Origin: Asterionella formosa
Lineage: Eukaryota
Reading direction: 5' to 3'
NCBI GenBank assembly: GCA_002256025.1
Contig: NKIB01011255.1
Location: 1-64,000, forward strand
DNA: 64,000 nucleotides
Both the position numbers and the translations under genes were made by a program. Positions 52,821 to 64,000 of this stretch are shown piece after piece. The notes beneath the pieces were generated by a model, which ran no database searches, was not told the DNA's origin, and saw only the letters and a list, made by a program, of their open reading frames with translations. Position 1 is the first letter of the stretch, and every line of letters starts with the position of its first letter.

Positions 52821-55559
52821 TACAATGACTAAAACAATAGCATGATTTATTCAAGCAAATGACATGAAACAGGTTATTAGCTTATATTTGATTGCTTGTA
52901 TTGATAGGATCAATATTTACCGGTAGTACTATGTGGCACTCGGAGTACCAGGAACCAGCCAGGTAGTACGGTCACCCGCTTACCGATATTTATAGAAGGC
53001 CTCAATAGATTGATATATACCTATATATACATCATATATATTTTTTAAATTAAAGCAAAAATTAGACCATGTTGATACTTAGGAATGAACCAACCTTCGC
53101 AATGCCCTCAAAACAGGAGGATTTTAATGGCTATGGTGACCTACAAAGATGGGATAGAATATGATAATGACAATTAGATAAGTGTACAGGAGCTTGTAGA
53201 TATGCATCAAGCCCAAAGTATATACACATGGATAGCAGTGAAGATTCATGGATATCCGGACCCATACAAAAATTATAATCCAATATATTGTAGTTTTGCC
53301 TCATTTGAATATTACAAAAATGCATTGTCCTATTTCATGCCAGCACTTGTCTTCGCCTCTCTAGTACTTGGAATGTCATGACCAACTGAAAAAACCCCAC
53401 TAGATCTGTGCTTGTCCTTGAGCCCTGCTAGCAAGGAAAAGCATCACCAGCATGTCCTCCACTTGGAGCCCAAGAATTTGCTTACCGGCATACTAATCAA
53501 CGAACTTCAAGGATGCAAAGACTGTATCTCCCACCAACAGAAGGTTTCCCTATTTTCTTTCCAATTCTACATGATTGACACGATTGAAAATTTTTAGTTC
53601 CAAAAATTCTTTCACAGTTCTAACGTGAAGAAGCATCCACGCTAGCAAAGCCACTACTTTGGGCTGTGATTGAGCAACGCCTAGTATATGGCTACCTAAC
53701 AGTAACTCTGAGAGGGTGTTTCAGGCAGAGGTCGGTGAAAGTATACTGCAGTATTGGATACTGATACTGCTCCAGACGCAGAATCAGTATACCAGTATAC
53801 TGTCATCTTATATTCCAAGTACCATACTGTTCCAAAATTTTGCCAGTATATTGGTCTAGCTTGCCAGTATACTGCTATGTAGGAATCTTTAGAAAATTCG
53901 GCATGTCTTGTAGCATTGGAGAGCGAAATTCCGTTCAATGCTTGGGCTATTAAGCAACACTAAAATAGAAAAAATCGGCATACTATAGAAATTATATTTG
54001 TCTTGACCTCCTCCTGCTTGGTACTTCTGTTAGTTGTAAAAGGCTCTTTTCAATTGCCAAGCACATTCTTACTTGTGTGAGGAAAACAACATCACCTGCT
54101 GTGTTTGAAGCGATGCTATTTCTAAAAATGAATAGACATTACTGGAATGAGGTTGTGGTCAGTAAAGCAATGGGTGGGACTATCACATTAGAGATGGATG
54201 ATGATCAAGTAGATCAACATGATTGAGCCAAAGCACTTAAGTAGCTGCCATTATTGCCTGCTGCATCCTTTGTTATTGGCAGAAAAACAATTCCCGCACG
54301 AGCGCGCATGTTTGAGTGACAATAAGATTACTGCTTTGGAAGTAGTACTAGTATCAGTATACTGGTATACTGTCATTTCAATATTGAAATACTTAATTGT
54401 TCGCCAAGTGAATACAGTATACCAGTAAACTGTCATTCTCTAAAAAACCCTGCAGTATTACAGCAGTATAATAATCACCAACCTAGCTATGGTTTCAGGT
54501 AAGCATACTCACTTGTCTGTCACCTTCCACCGGCTGCCAATTCAGTGACGAAAATTCTTGTATTAATCACTGACAGGCGCATAATGTGAGGCATTTATTA
54601 GTGAGGTTGGTGTTGATCTCGATCAAGGTGGTGGTAGTGGTGGTGGTGGTGGTGTAGGTGAGTTAGTACAAGTGGAGCTGGCAGGTGGAGGACAATGACG
54701 ACTAGCTGGTCAGCAGAAGAAAAAGTCGCTTGGGTTGTTTGCACAAGATAACAAGGAAGCAAAACAATACATGCAGTTATGCTATCGCAAATAGTGCTAC
54801 TCTGGACAACAATGAAAATGGGGATGACAAAGACGAGTACAAGCAAGTCTCAATTGTTTTACAAGAATGCCACCATGACACAGTTTTACAGTTGTTGGTC
54901 CCAATTTTCCCTTAACTGTTTCAACAATTGTCAACAATGTGCATTTCAGGCTGCAAGAGTTGACAATAAGATACAAAATGATAATGAACAAGCAGTAGAC
55001 AATGGATTCGGATTTGGTGTCATGGGCATGGCTGTGCAGTCAGAATACAATAACTGACTAAGAAAGTCCCTAACAAGTCAAAATAAGCTATTTGTCGCCT
55101 GGCAGGATTTCGAAGTGGAAATTAGTGGTCGAAAGCCAGCTAAGATATATAGATTTGTTGAAAGACAGGGTTTTCGTGAAATTCCTCTCTTGTTTATGCA
55201 AGGTTTTGTGGGAAAAAGGGGCATGCATACTTCAAGCTGGATGTACTGCACATGTAGTAGCCATTGACCATATTTATGAATGATATGGTGTTGATACCAC
55301 AACAGTCTCCCACATAATCAACAAAATGATGCCAGATCGTTGCAATGGCGTGCATCCACTTCTAATATATGTTTTGGTTGTACCTGATACTAGCAATAAT
55401 ATATTTACTAGCATTAATGCTGATACATTTCCTAGTATTATTTTTCTATGTTCTCCAATTATTTATGCCTCACAATTCGATTTTTGTTAATAGAATGTAA
55501 TTGAATTTATTTTTCTTCCATTTTGCTTGTCATCTATTCTTTTGCTGTTGTTGCGGCAT

Positions 55560-57589
55560 AATTGCTGAAGGCAATACACGCCCGAGGTTGCCTGCGAGTA
55601 CATATGTATACGAGAAGGCAAGTAGCCGCCGAGAAGGGTATTGTTGAGGCAATTCCCGCTCTAGCTATCGTCGCGTCATTCGCTTACCTACTGCCCACAA
55701 ATTTAGCATAAATGTCAACTTTAGCCTACTATTGCCCATCATATAAATTCATTTTGTATATTTCCTATCTTCACCTCGAAAATTGCCAAAGGTCCGATAT
55801 TGCCCATCATTAAAATATATTTTGTATATTTTATATGTTCGCATTTTGGCAAGACAACAGACACCAATTGCCCCTCGGTTTTCCAGCCCTGGGATCGCCG
55901 AAATCGGCAAGTGGTCTACTTAAGGAAACTATTTTATATACTACAGAGATTTTTATAATTTATATCCAGAATTCACCTCGTTTTTGTTTGTCTCCTGAAA
56001 AATGGACTCCGGCAATTCACCTTTCACCATGCCAATCGTCGTCCATCATGACCGGTTTGAAGCGAAATCAGTTCCGCGATGACGCCAGTAGCGATTCTTT
56101 GCCAAACGGATGTGGTTGATTGTTGGATTGCTTGTCTTCTCGAGGCATTCATGTAGTCGCATCGTCCATATTTCGTTGGACGAACGATGATATCGATACA
56201 TCTGATGTTGGTGGCAAGTTTTTGCTCCGTTCATGTATGTAATGATACTTAATGGATATTCTACCGGTTCCCAGCAGTCATCTAGTCTACATACGTACGT
56301 GGTACTAAAAACAACCATGCATGGTTTAAGCTATGCTTTAACGCTTACTTTGAAGACGTTATAATATTATCTCTGTAGACTCGGTATTATTTTTACGAGA
56401 CCTGAAATGTTGAATTATATCGTTCACATATTCATTGATTTTACGTACCGTATGCCCAATTTCGTCCTCACAAATATAGTTCTCACTCTATCTTGCCTGC
56501 CTTTGCTCTATTCGGGCTTGCGATAGGCAACGTTCGTCTTTCTTTTATCCCATCGTCTGCTGCTTGTTATGCTAGTTGAAGCGGATCGGTGAGTACAACA
56601 GTGAAAAACTGAATGTGGATTGTAGATGGTATTTATCAGGCCGACTTTCCGATTTGATTGCTTCCGTGGTTTGTTTTGATCGCTTCCATCGTTGTTTGTC
56701 GTTACGCACTGTCGTTTTGTTTTGATTGTACATATCTAAATAAGAACCAATGCATTTATCAATGACTACTCATTGAGATGTGGTATTGTGCCGTTGTTGA
56801 TTGTATTTGTTGATTTGTATAGTCGTTGACAATGATGTCAATATTGCCGCCAAGGAATGCTTTTCTTGTACTAACGCGCTTTGCTACATTTCTACTACGA
56901 GTTCGTATCAGAAGCTACATGAAGAATACTCAGCTAGAGAGAGTCCATAGTGCTGGAGCAGCGTGGCGATCACGCTTGCTCAGAATGGAATGATCAGGGT
57001 TGCTTGTTTGGTGGGCGGCGGAGAGGAATGACTGTGGCGGAAATACTGCTACTGGTGTCAGGCTACTACAGCGATGCGCATGGTTGCAGAAACCAGACCA
57101 TTTACGCTACATAACAATGCAGGTCTACATTGGATTCAGCTTTTGTTCTTCTTCTTTCGGACTTCGATTGTGTGGTGATGGAAAGTGAATGTTGCCTGGT
57201 GTGTAAGTACTACAATGATTCAAAATGCATACGTCTCCATTGGAACTCTTATTTTTTATTTCATTTCTAACCCAAAACAATTTTTTCTATTTCTCATTTG
57301 ATGCTACTTATTACATCGCATTTCATCCTTTGGTTGCTCCAAACATCATGTTCAATTTTCATTGATGTTGCATGTTACAATCATTCTCGTGTGTTTTACG
57401 CTTGTTGTACCATCTATGCATATTACCGTTATTTTGGTTGTCATGTTCTAAAATCGGCAATTTTATTGCCGAAAAATTCGATGTGCCCCATATTGCCCTT
57501 AAATAAAAATTACTTAAGAAATTACTTATTGCCTAAAAATTACTTAGAAGTACCCGAATGGCAAGACGACAGCTGGAGCGGGAATTGCC
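55560..57589 (+). mobile_element. Repeat family A: about 2 kb non-autonomous element with asymmetrically placed 35-bp inverted repeats
   Basis: IRs at 55648-55682 and 57555-57589 (30/35 match); homologous to 11230-12968 (+) and 19710-20670 (-). Confidence 0.8.
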
Positions 57590-58059
57590 ACTGTACATAA
57601 ATGCAGGTGGAACCAGGTACCATATTTGGTGGCTACACTGGTCCGGCCTGTACTGCGCATGGGCGGTGCGCCTACCGGGTACTCAGACATTATTAACAAT
57701 TCTGGCCGTGTATACCGGTATCATGCCGGCATGGATAACACGCATCCTGGTCCAGCCCAGGTACCATGTACGCACAGCCACCCCAACCCTCAACCAGAGG
57801 ATGTGGAAATAATTTTAGTCGCATGTGCGTATGTAGAAACAACCAACGTGGCTCGTGGTTGGAGTAGAGTTTCTTCGTCCCTTTTCTGGAAGTGTCTTGG
57901 CTTGCCGCTCTTCCTCATCAAGGAGCCTGTACACGAGCAAATGGTTTAGTTGGGTAGCATTGTTTGAGCACCAACTGTACCAAATAGCCAGCGGATAGCG
58001 CAACTCGCCTTTGAACGTTTCTCTTCGTTTTGTGTTGTCACCACCACGCATCCCTACCT

Positions 58060-60848
58060 ATGATGTCGAACGTGCAAGTAGCATCCGACGACCCTGTTGT
58101 GTCGACTTCTCCCGAGGTTCTGAATGCATCGGAACACTCCTCCACCTCTTCCGCCAAGGACGAACTCCAGCAACAACAGGATGACGAGATGGACGAGGAA
58201 GAAGCTCTTTTGTTGGCATTGGAACAGCAGCAGGAAGAAAATGTGCTGGTTGTCAAACAACCGACATGTATTGACGAAGCACCCAAACTTCTCCAAGATG
58301 CCTTGAAGAAGGGTGAAGTCAAGTCTGATGATGAAGATGAACCGACGAAACAAGAAGAGAAGAAAGGCGATGAAGGAGATTCCAAGCTGGAACATCACAG
58401 GGTAAGTAAAGTCAGTTAACTTTGAAGTTTAGATTGCTTGTGTTTGTTTGAGCGGTTGAGACATGTACCTCAGTAATCCCTGATACACTGAGCCTTTCAT
58501 GGGCGTCGTATGTCTCTTTCTCAGTCGAGGGTGAACTACATGATTTCTCTCGGATCAAAGCGACAAGCCCTTTCGAAAAGAAGCTTTTGGAATCTTTTCT
58601 GTTGAAAGCGTACATGCCTACGTTCGACCAGAATTTACCTTGGTCGTGGCATGGAATATTTTAGGAAGGGTTGCAATGATAGACAATTTGAACCCTTCAA
58701 GTTTTTGCTAACTCACCCTCATCGCTATGCAGGTGGTCCAACTTGAATATTTGCTGAACAAGGCTAGTGAATATTCTTCATTTATCTCGAGAGATCTTCA
58801 AGAACTCCAAGATAGTTTGGCTGACAAGGCGAGGCGAGCGGTTAAGAAGCGCAAGTCTTCTTCCAAGGACGGATTTTCGACCAAGGAAGGATCTACCAAA
58901 AGGCAAAAGAAGAACGATGCGTCAGCTGCGGCCTTCAAGAATGCTCAAGAAAAAGACGCCAAGGCTCGGACAGGGACCGGGAAAGCAATCTTTGTTCAAC
59001 CTGCCAACTTAGCCGAAGAGTGCGTCTTAAAAGATTATCAGTTGGAAGGTGTTCGTTGGTTAGTGTCGTTGTTTGAGAATGGTGTGTCTGGGGTCTTGGC
59101 AGACGAAATGGTGAGTTGCATGATACAAGGAGTTCCACGATGCCTTAACGAATAAATGTTTCTCACTTTTCTCAATTCAGGGTTTGGGAAAGACAATTCA
59201 AGTCATTGCATTGATCGGGCACTTGCTCACACAGAATGTCTCAGGACCATTCCTCGTTGTAGCGCCCCTGGCCACGCTACCCAACTGGGTAAGGGAGTTT
59301 GAGAAGTGGTTGCCACATCGTCCAGTTGTTCGTTACCACGGTCCTGCCCCCGAACGTGAAGCCATGCTTAGGGGATGTATGAACCCCAAAGACAGAAGAA
59401 TGCCAACGTATCCCTTTATTGTCACTTCTTTTGAAGTGGCAATTCGGGATCAAAAAGTTTTGGAAAAATTAGGTCCATTTACCTACCTCATTGTTGACGA
59501 GGGTCATAGATTGAAGAATCACCGTTGCACGTTGTTGCAATCGCTCAAAAAAATAAACGCACAAAACCGGTTGCTCCTTTCTGGGACTCCCATTCAGAAC
59601 AATCTTGATGAACTTTGGTCTCTGCTCAACTTTGTCAACCCGCAAATCTTTGATGATTTAAGTGTCTTTCAAAGCTGGTTTGGCTTTCGTGACATAGGAC
59701 AAAAGAATTCGCAGAAAGCTACATCAGAAGAAGAAGTCCTAATCGAGCAAAAGAAGAACCAGACCGTGTCAAAGTTGCACCATATCTTACGTCCCTTTCT
59801 ACTACGGCGTATCAAGACAGATGTTCTCAAAGACATGCCTCCCAAAAAGGAAGTAATTGTTTATTCGGGAATGTCAAAGCTCCAAAAAGGGTATGCTGAT
59901 CTCATTGAAAATGGAGTCCTTCGGGACCAGTTGGTGGCGCAAGGTATTGAAGCAGGACGTACGCTGAGCCAAACCAACAAGCAAATGAACCATCGCAAGA
60001 ACATCAACCACCCGTTTCTCTTTGGAGAACCTATGGATCCAGCAACAGGCGTTCCACTTGGAACCGCTTATCCACATTTGCTTGTTCGTGCTAGTGGAAA
60101 GTTCGCACTCCTTGATCGTATGTTGGAACGTCTTTTCAAGGACAAGCATCAAGCCCTCATCTTTAGTCAGATGACTGCTTTGCTCAATGTTATCGAGGAT
60201 TATTTGATTTACCGCAAATGGAAATATTGCCGAATTGATGGAAGTACCAACATTGACGAACGTCAACGACAAATGGATGTCTACAACAATGAAAAGACGA
60301 GTGGTTCAGATGGCGGCCGCAATGAGAGTGACGATAGATACTTTGTCTTTTTGTTGAGTACCCGTGCTGGTGGATTGGGAATTAACTTGACATCGGCGGA
60401 TACATGCATAATTTTCGATAGTGATTGGAACCCCCACCAAGATAGTCAAGCAATGGATCGATGCCATCGGATAGGTCAAACCAGACCTGTTGCAGTATAT
60501 CGTCTCCTTACGGTTAACTCCGTGGACATTGATATGATGCAAAAGCAAATATCGAAAAAGAAGCTTGAGCGCATGACCATTGCTGGCGGCGAGTTCAAAA
60601 CTCCTGGGTCTCGCCGAGGTGCGTTGTCTGAAAACTATCTCACCAGTCTCCTGACCGATGATATTCAGAACCTGGACGCCAAAGGAGAGGATGTCGAGAA
60701 TGTAACGATTAGTGCTGAGGAGTTTGACTCTATTATGGACCGAAAGAAACTTTTTTCTGGTGGAGACAATGCTATTCCTGTTGAGGGGAAAATGTATGAC
60801 ATATTGGAGGCTGCCTCTGGAGATGTGCTTGGTGCAATGAATGCTTAA
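58060..60848 (+). CDS. SNF2-family chromatin remodeller, DDM1/HELLS(Lsh)-like, 3 exons
   Basis: Exons 58060-58401, 58733-59110, 59181-60848; [73 protein letters not shown]. Confidence 0.92.
58402..58732 (+). other. Unusually long (331 nt), stem-rich intron 1 of the DDM1-like gene; candidate intronic structured RNA
   Basis: GTAAGT..CTAAC..CAG; at least six complementary stems visible by eye. Confidence 0.5.
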
Positions 60849-63800
60849 CAAACCCAGGATTTCTGGTATAGGGAACAATCAACCCTGTATAATATGCATT
60901 ATGAAAGTAGAATAAAGAAGGGGGTAGAAATTAGTTTAGCAACAATTAACAATAGCGAGGGAATGGTTCATGATAAAGTGTATGATCAATCATGTATAAT
61001 TACTGGCACGTGGCAAATGTAATCAACACCATCGCAGTTGCAATCCATGCATAAGAGGGGTATTACCAGTAGGCTGATGCCATCACTCAAACTGCGCAAT
61101 TAACCTAAGGACACTGAGATGCAGCACTAATGGTGAAGCAATCAAATTATTGAACTTGAAAACTGATTCCCTGAAGGAAGCATTGTAGCTGGCAAAGCCA
61201 TTGATGGCTTGGTTTTTGTCAGAGTATTCCTCATTGCTGCAGCAAACTAAGCAGTAGACTAGAGGCTTCCAATATGCACGACTGCACAGGCCTACGACAA
61301 AACCAGCAATTAAGGAAATGTTGGGCGATGGTGTCAATGGTGAACCTGCAGAAAGACAATGAAACTACAGTTCGATAGTAGGTATGCTACATCTAAGCTG
61401 CATATTAGGTGAAGTGACCTTCACGTAAATAAGCCTAGTTGATTTTGAATGCATCGCATGAATTTGAATACATCAAAAAACGTAATGAATCGATTAATGA
61501 TAAGTTGCACAACCATTTTACCGGACACTAAGGTTGGTGTGTTCCGTTTGTACCAGGCAGGTACATACGGCAAATTCTAAACTCGATTAAAACGAAGAAA
61601 CGGAGTCCAGAATCAGCTTGGATGTAATGCTTGATGTCGAAATCGAGCATCACATCATCAGCATATCACCGCGGCACTGGTAGTAAGTATATTTTGTGAG
61701 GGAGTATACGGTCATTTACTGTGGTTGGATCAAAAATGGAACAGCAGTAATTCATATGGACATTGTAACTGTCTAAAATCATACACATAAATACATTCCA
61801 AGTGCAAAGATTAGACAGATAGCCATTGGATTGGGATAAGTGGGCCTTGACTGGTCACCTTGTTATATTTATCACTCAAAAATGCTTATTTTTTGGTCTT
61901 CATGATGGCCATTGCAAGGGCCATCACTAACCTTCTTTTATCCTTGTTCCTTACTGTTATCTTGTGGAATGCTGGTTCACTGCTGGTTCAAGAATTGTAA
62001 CATTTGGAATTAAAGAATAATTTGATGGTTCCTTGAGGTCACTGATTCCAATTTAGTTTTGAGCGATTTTAAAATGGGTTGTCAAGGCAAGCAACAGCAA
62101 ACATCTTAGAATTACAAAGAAGAATGCACTGGACATTGCTTAGTTCTGAGAAGGAGGAATAAACCATGACAAGTTTGATGAACCTCAAAACTACTAAGGA
62201 AGATAATTAAAGCTAGAATATCATTATAAACATACATTAGTAAGTGGAAAGGATTGGTAAGTTCATTTATATAGCACCATCATGAATCATATGTGTTTGA
62301 GAACAAGTATCTTCATTGCTTTGGTCCACCCTTGTGAACTTTTGCAACAAGTATGTCAAAGTATGTATGGCCAATAGTTGAGAACAAAATGCAATGCATT
62401 CAAGATTTTAATTGCCTTTCTTTTTTCCTTCCTCCAAAGATGTTTACAAACAGAAATTATAGAGGTAGATCAATTATGATGAGCACACTCAATTTCAGAA
62501 AATGAATTTGCGTTGAAAATGAATTTGCGTTGGTACATGTACCTGTTTCAACAAACAATAAAGGAGGACCCACATTCCCCGTAACATCATCCTTGTATCC
62601 TTGATTGATGCAAGGCATTCTCTTGTTGACACGATAATAAATCGTCTCAATTCCAAGTCTCTCTTATCAATTGTTTCATTTCAAATTACTTCTAAATGGA
62701 TCATATCCTTCTTGTACTTTTTGTTGAAACCTGTAGGTATCTTTCTCCTTTCCTGTTTTTGTTGAAACTTGTAGACAGTATTCACCTTGGCAAGCTTTTG
62801 GCAATTCTGACAAATTGACTCTTCATGTTCAGACATGGGCATTGGATTTATGCTGACAGGCAAGGATTACCTACAGTGCCTTCCTTTCTTGTTAGTCTTG
62901 TTATCATGCGTCGTTTTTCTTCCTCTTTGTTCTCCCTTTGTCACTGAAAATCAATTGCAAGTTTCCAACAATCTTATGGAACATGGAACGAATGGTACTA
63001 CCTGTCACCAAGAGCATCTGGGACTCAATGAGGAAGGCATTGCTGGTTGATCATAGTAATAACAAGGCATTGATGGTGAAGGCAGATCAAACAATGACTA
63101 ACAGAGGTATCATCATGGTGAGTGAAGCAATCGAGTGTGAGGCTGTGGCTCAGTGTATGTTGCATGTATTTGTCAAGAGATTCATGATGATTAATTATTA
63201 ACAAGTGGAATGTTCATTCATATATTTAATGGAGAGAAAAGGAACGACATCAACTAGGACGACTCTACTTTGATGTGTGCAAAATAAATAATGGGTTGTG
63301 CTAAATTTTACAACATAGAACCAGCCACTGGTACAACGGGCCTGTGCGTGCATGATGTACCGGTACTTTGGGGGCGCACCAAGCCATAATTTGGATCGAA
63401 GTGCTGTATCCTACCGGTCGGTACATCGAATGGTACTTGGTACTGGTACCGGGTACACCAGGAACGAGGGTCTGTTGTGAGAGACCGCATGTTCATCAAT
63501 CTGGTTCCTATTGGTAGTTGACTATCGCCCATACACACATGATACTTACGTAATTTGCATCGAAGTGCATAAACACAGATTCCATCCCGACAACTGCTAC
63601 ATTAATGCCACGAGAAAACAACTACCAGAAGGAAACGGCCGTTCGTCCAGTATTCCCCTCAAATGATCAAACCACTCCAAGTTCAAGATAGAAGTCTTAG
63701 AACTGGGAATGAACGGAACTTCAGGCCTACCGGTACTGTCCGAACATTTCTACGAAAATCAGCGTAAGTGTCCAGTAGATGTCTGATGATGCATGTCCTC

Positions 63801-64000
63801 TCCGCAAACGTGATATTGTGCATTGACATCAAGCCATGAGCAACTCAGTTTTAACTAATACATAGTTCACAATAAAGTAAAACATTTCTTAGTTGGCTTT
63901 GAAATCCGATTTCTCGTGGATGGATTAAGTGTAGAAGGACGGAGGGAGACAATGATTGGTTACGTCGATTTTTTTGTAGGTTTTTTTTTTTTGGTAGGCA

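Overview
Eukaryotic nuclear DNA, almost certainly from a diatom or related ochrophyte (inferred from short GT-AG introns, several bipartite plastid presequences with ASAFAP-like xxAF cleavage sites, and diatom-type bestrophins). About 13 protein genes sit in islands separated by AT-rich blocks of decayed repeats: a plastid protein with two RbcX-like repeats, a TVP38/TMEM64 membrane protein, two tandem protein kinases, a secretory cyclophilin, three tandem plastid bestrophin-like channels with CRE/CCRE-type upstream motifs, a PDZ-like/2Fe-2S plastid protein, an EDR2-C (DUF1336) protein, a GIGYF-like GYF protein, a small putative zinc-binding protein and a DDM1/HELLS-like remodeller. Intergenic DNA holds several dispersed repeat families, tRNA-derived SINE-like elements and decayed mariner and pogo transposase relics. 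Highlights: (1) the single-chain tandem RbcX-like protein in a lineage with red-type Rubisco; (2) paralogue alignments showing that the ubiquitous TACCGGTA/TACCAGGTA motifs are small insertions at TA sites that pile up into arrays; (3) the bestrophin array with CO2/cAMP-type elements; (4) a long, highly structured first intron in the DDM1-like gene. All assignments are by eye; no searches were run, exon boundaries are predictions and repeat boundaries are approximate.
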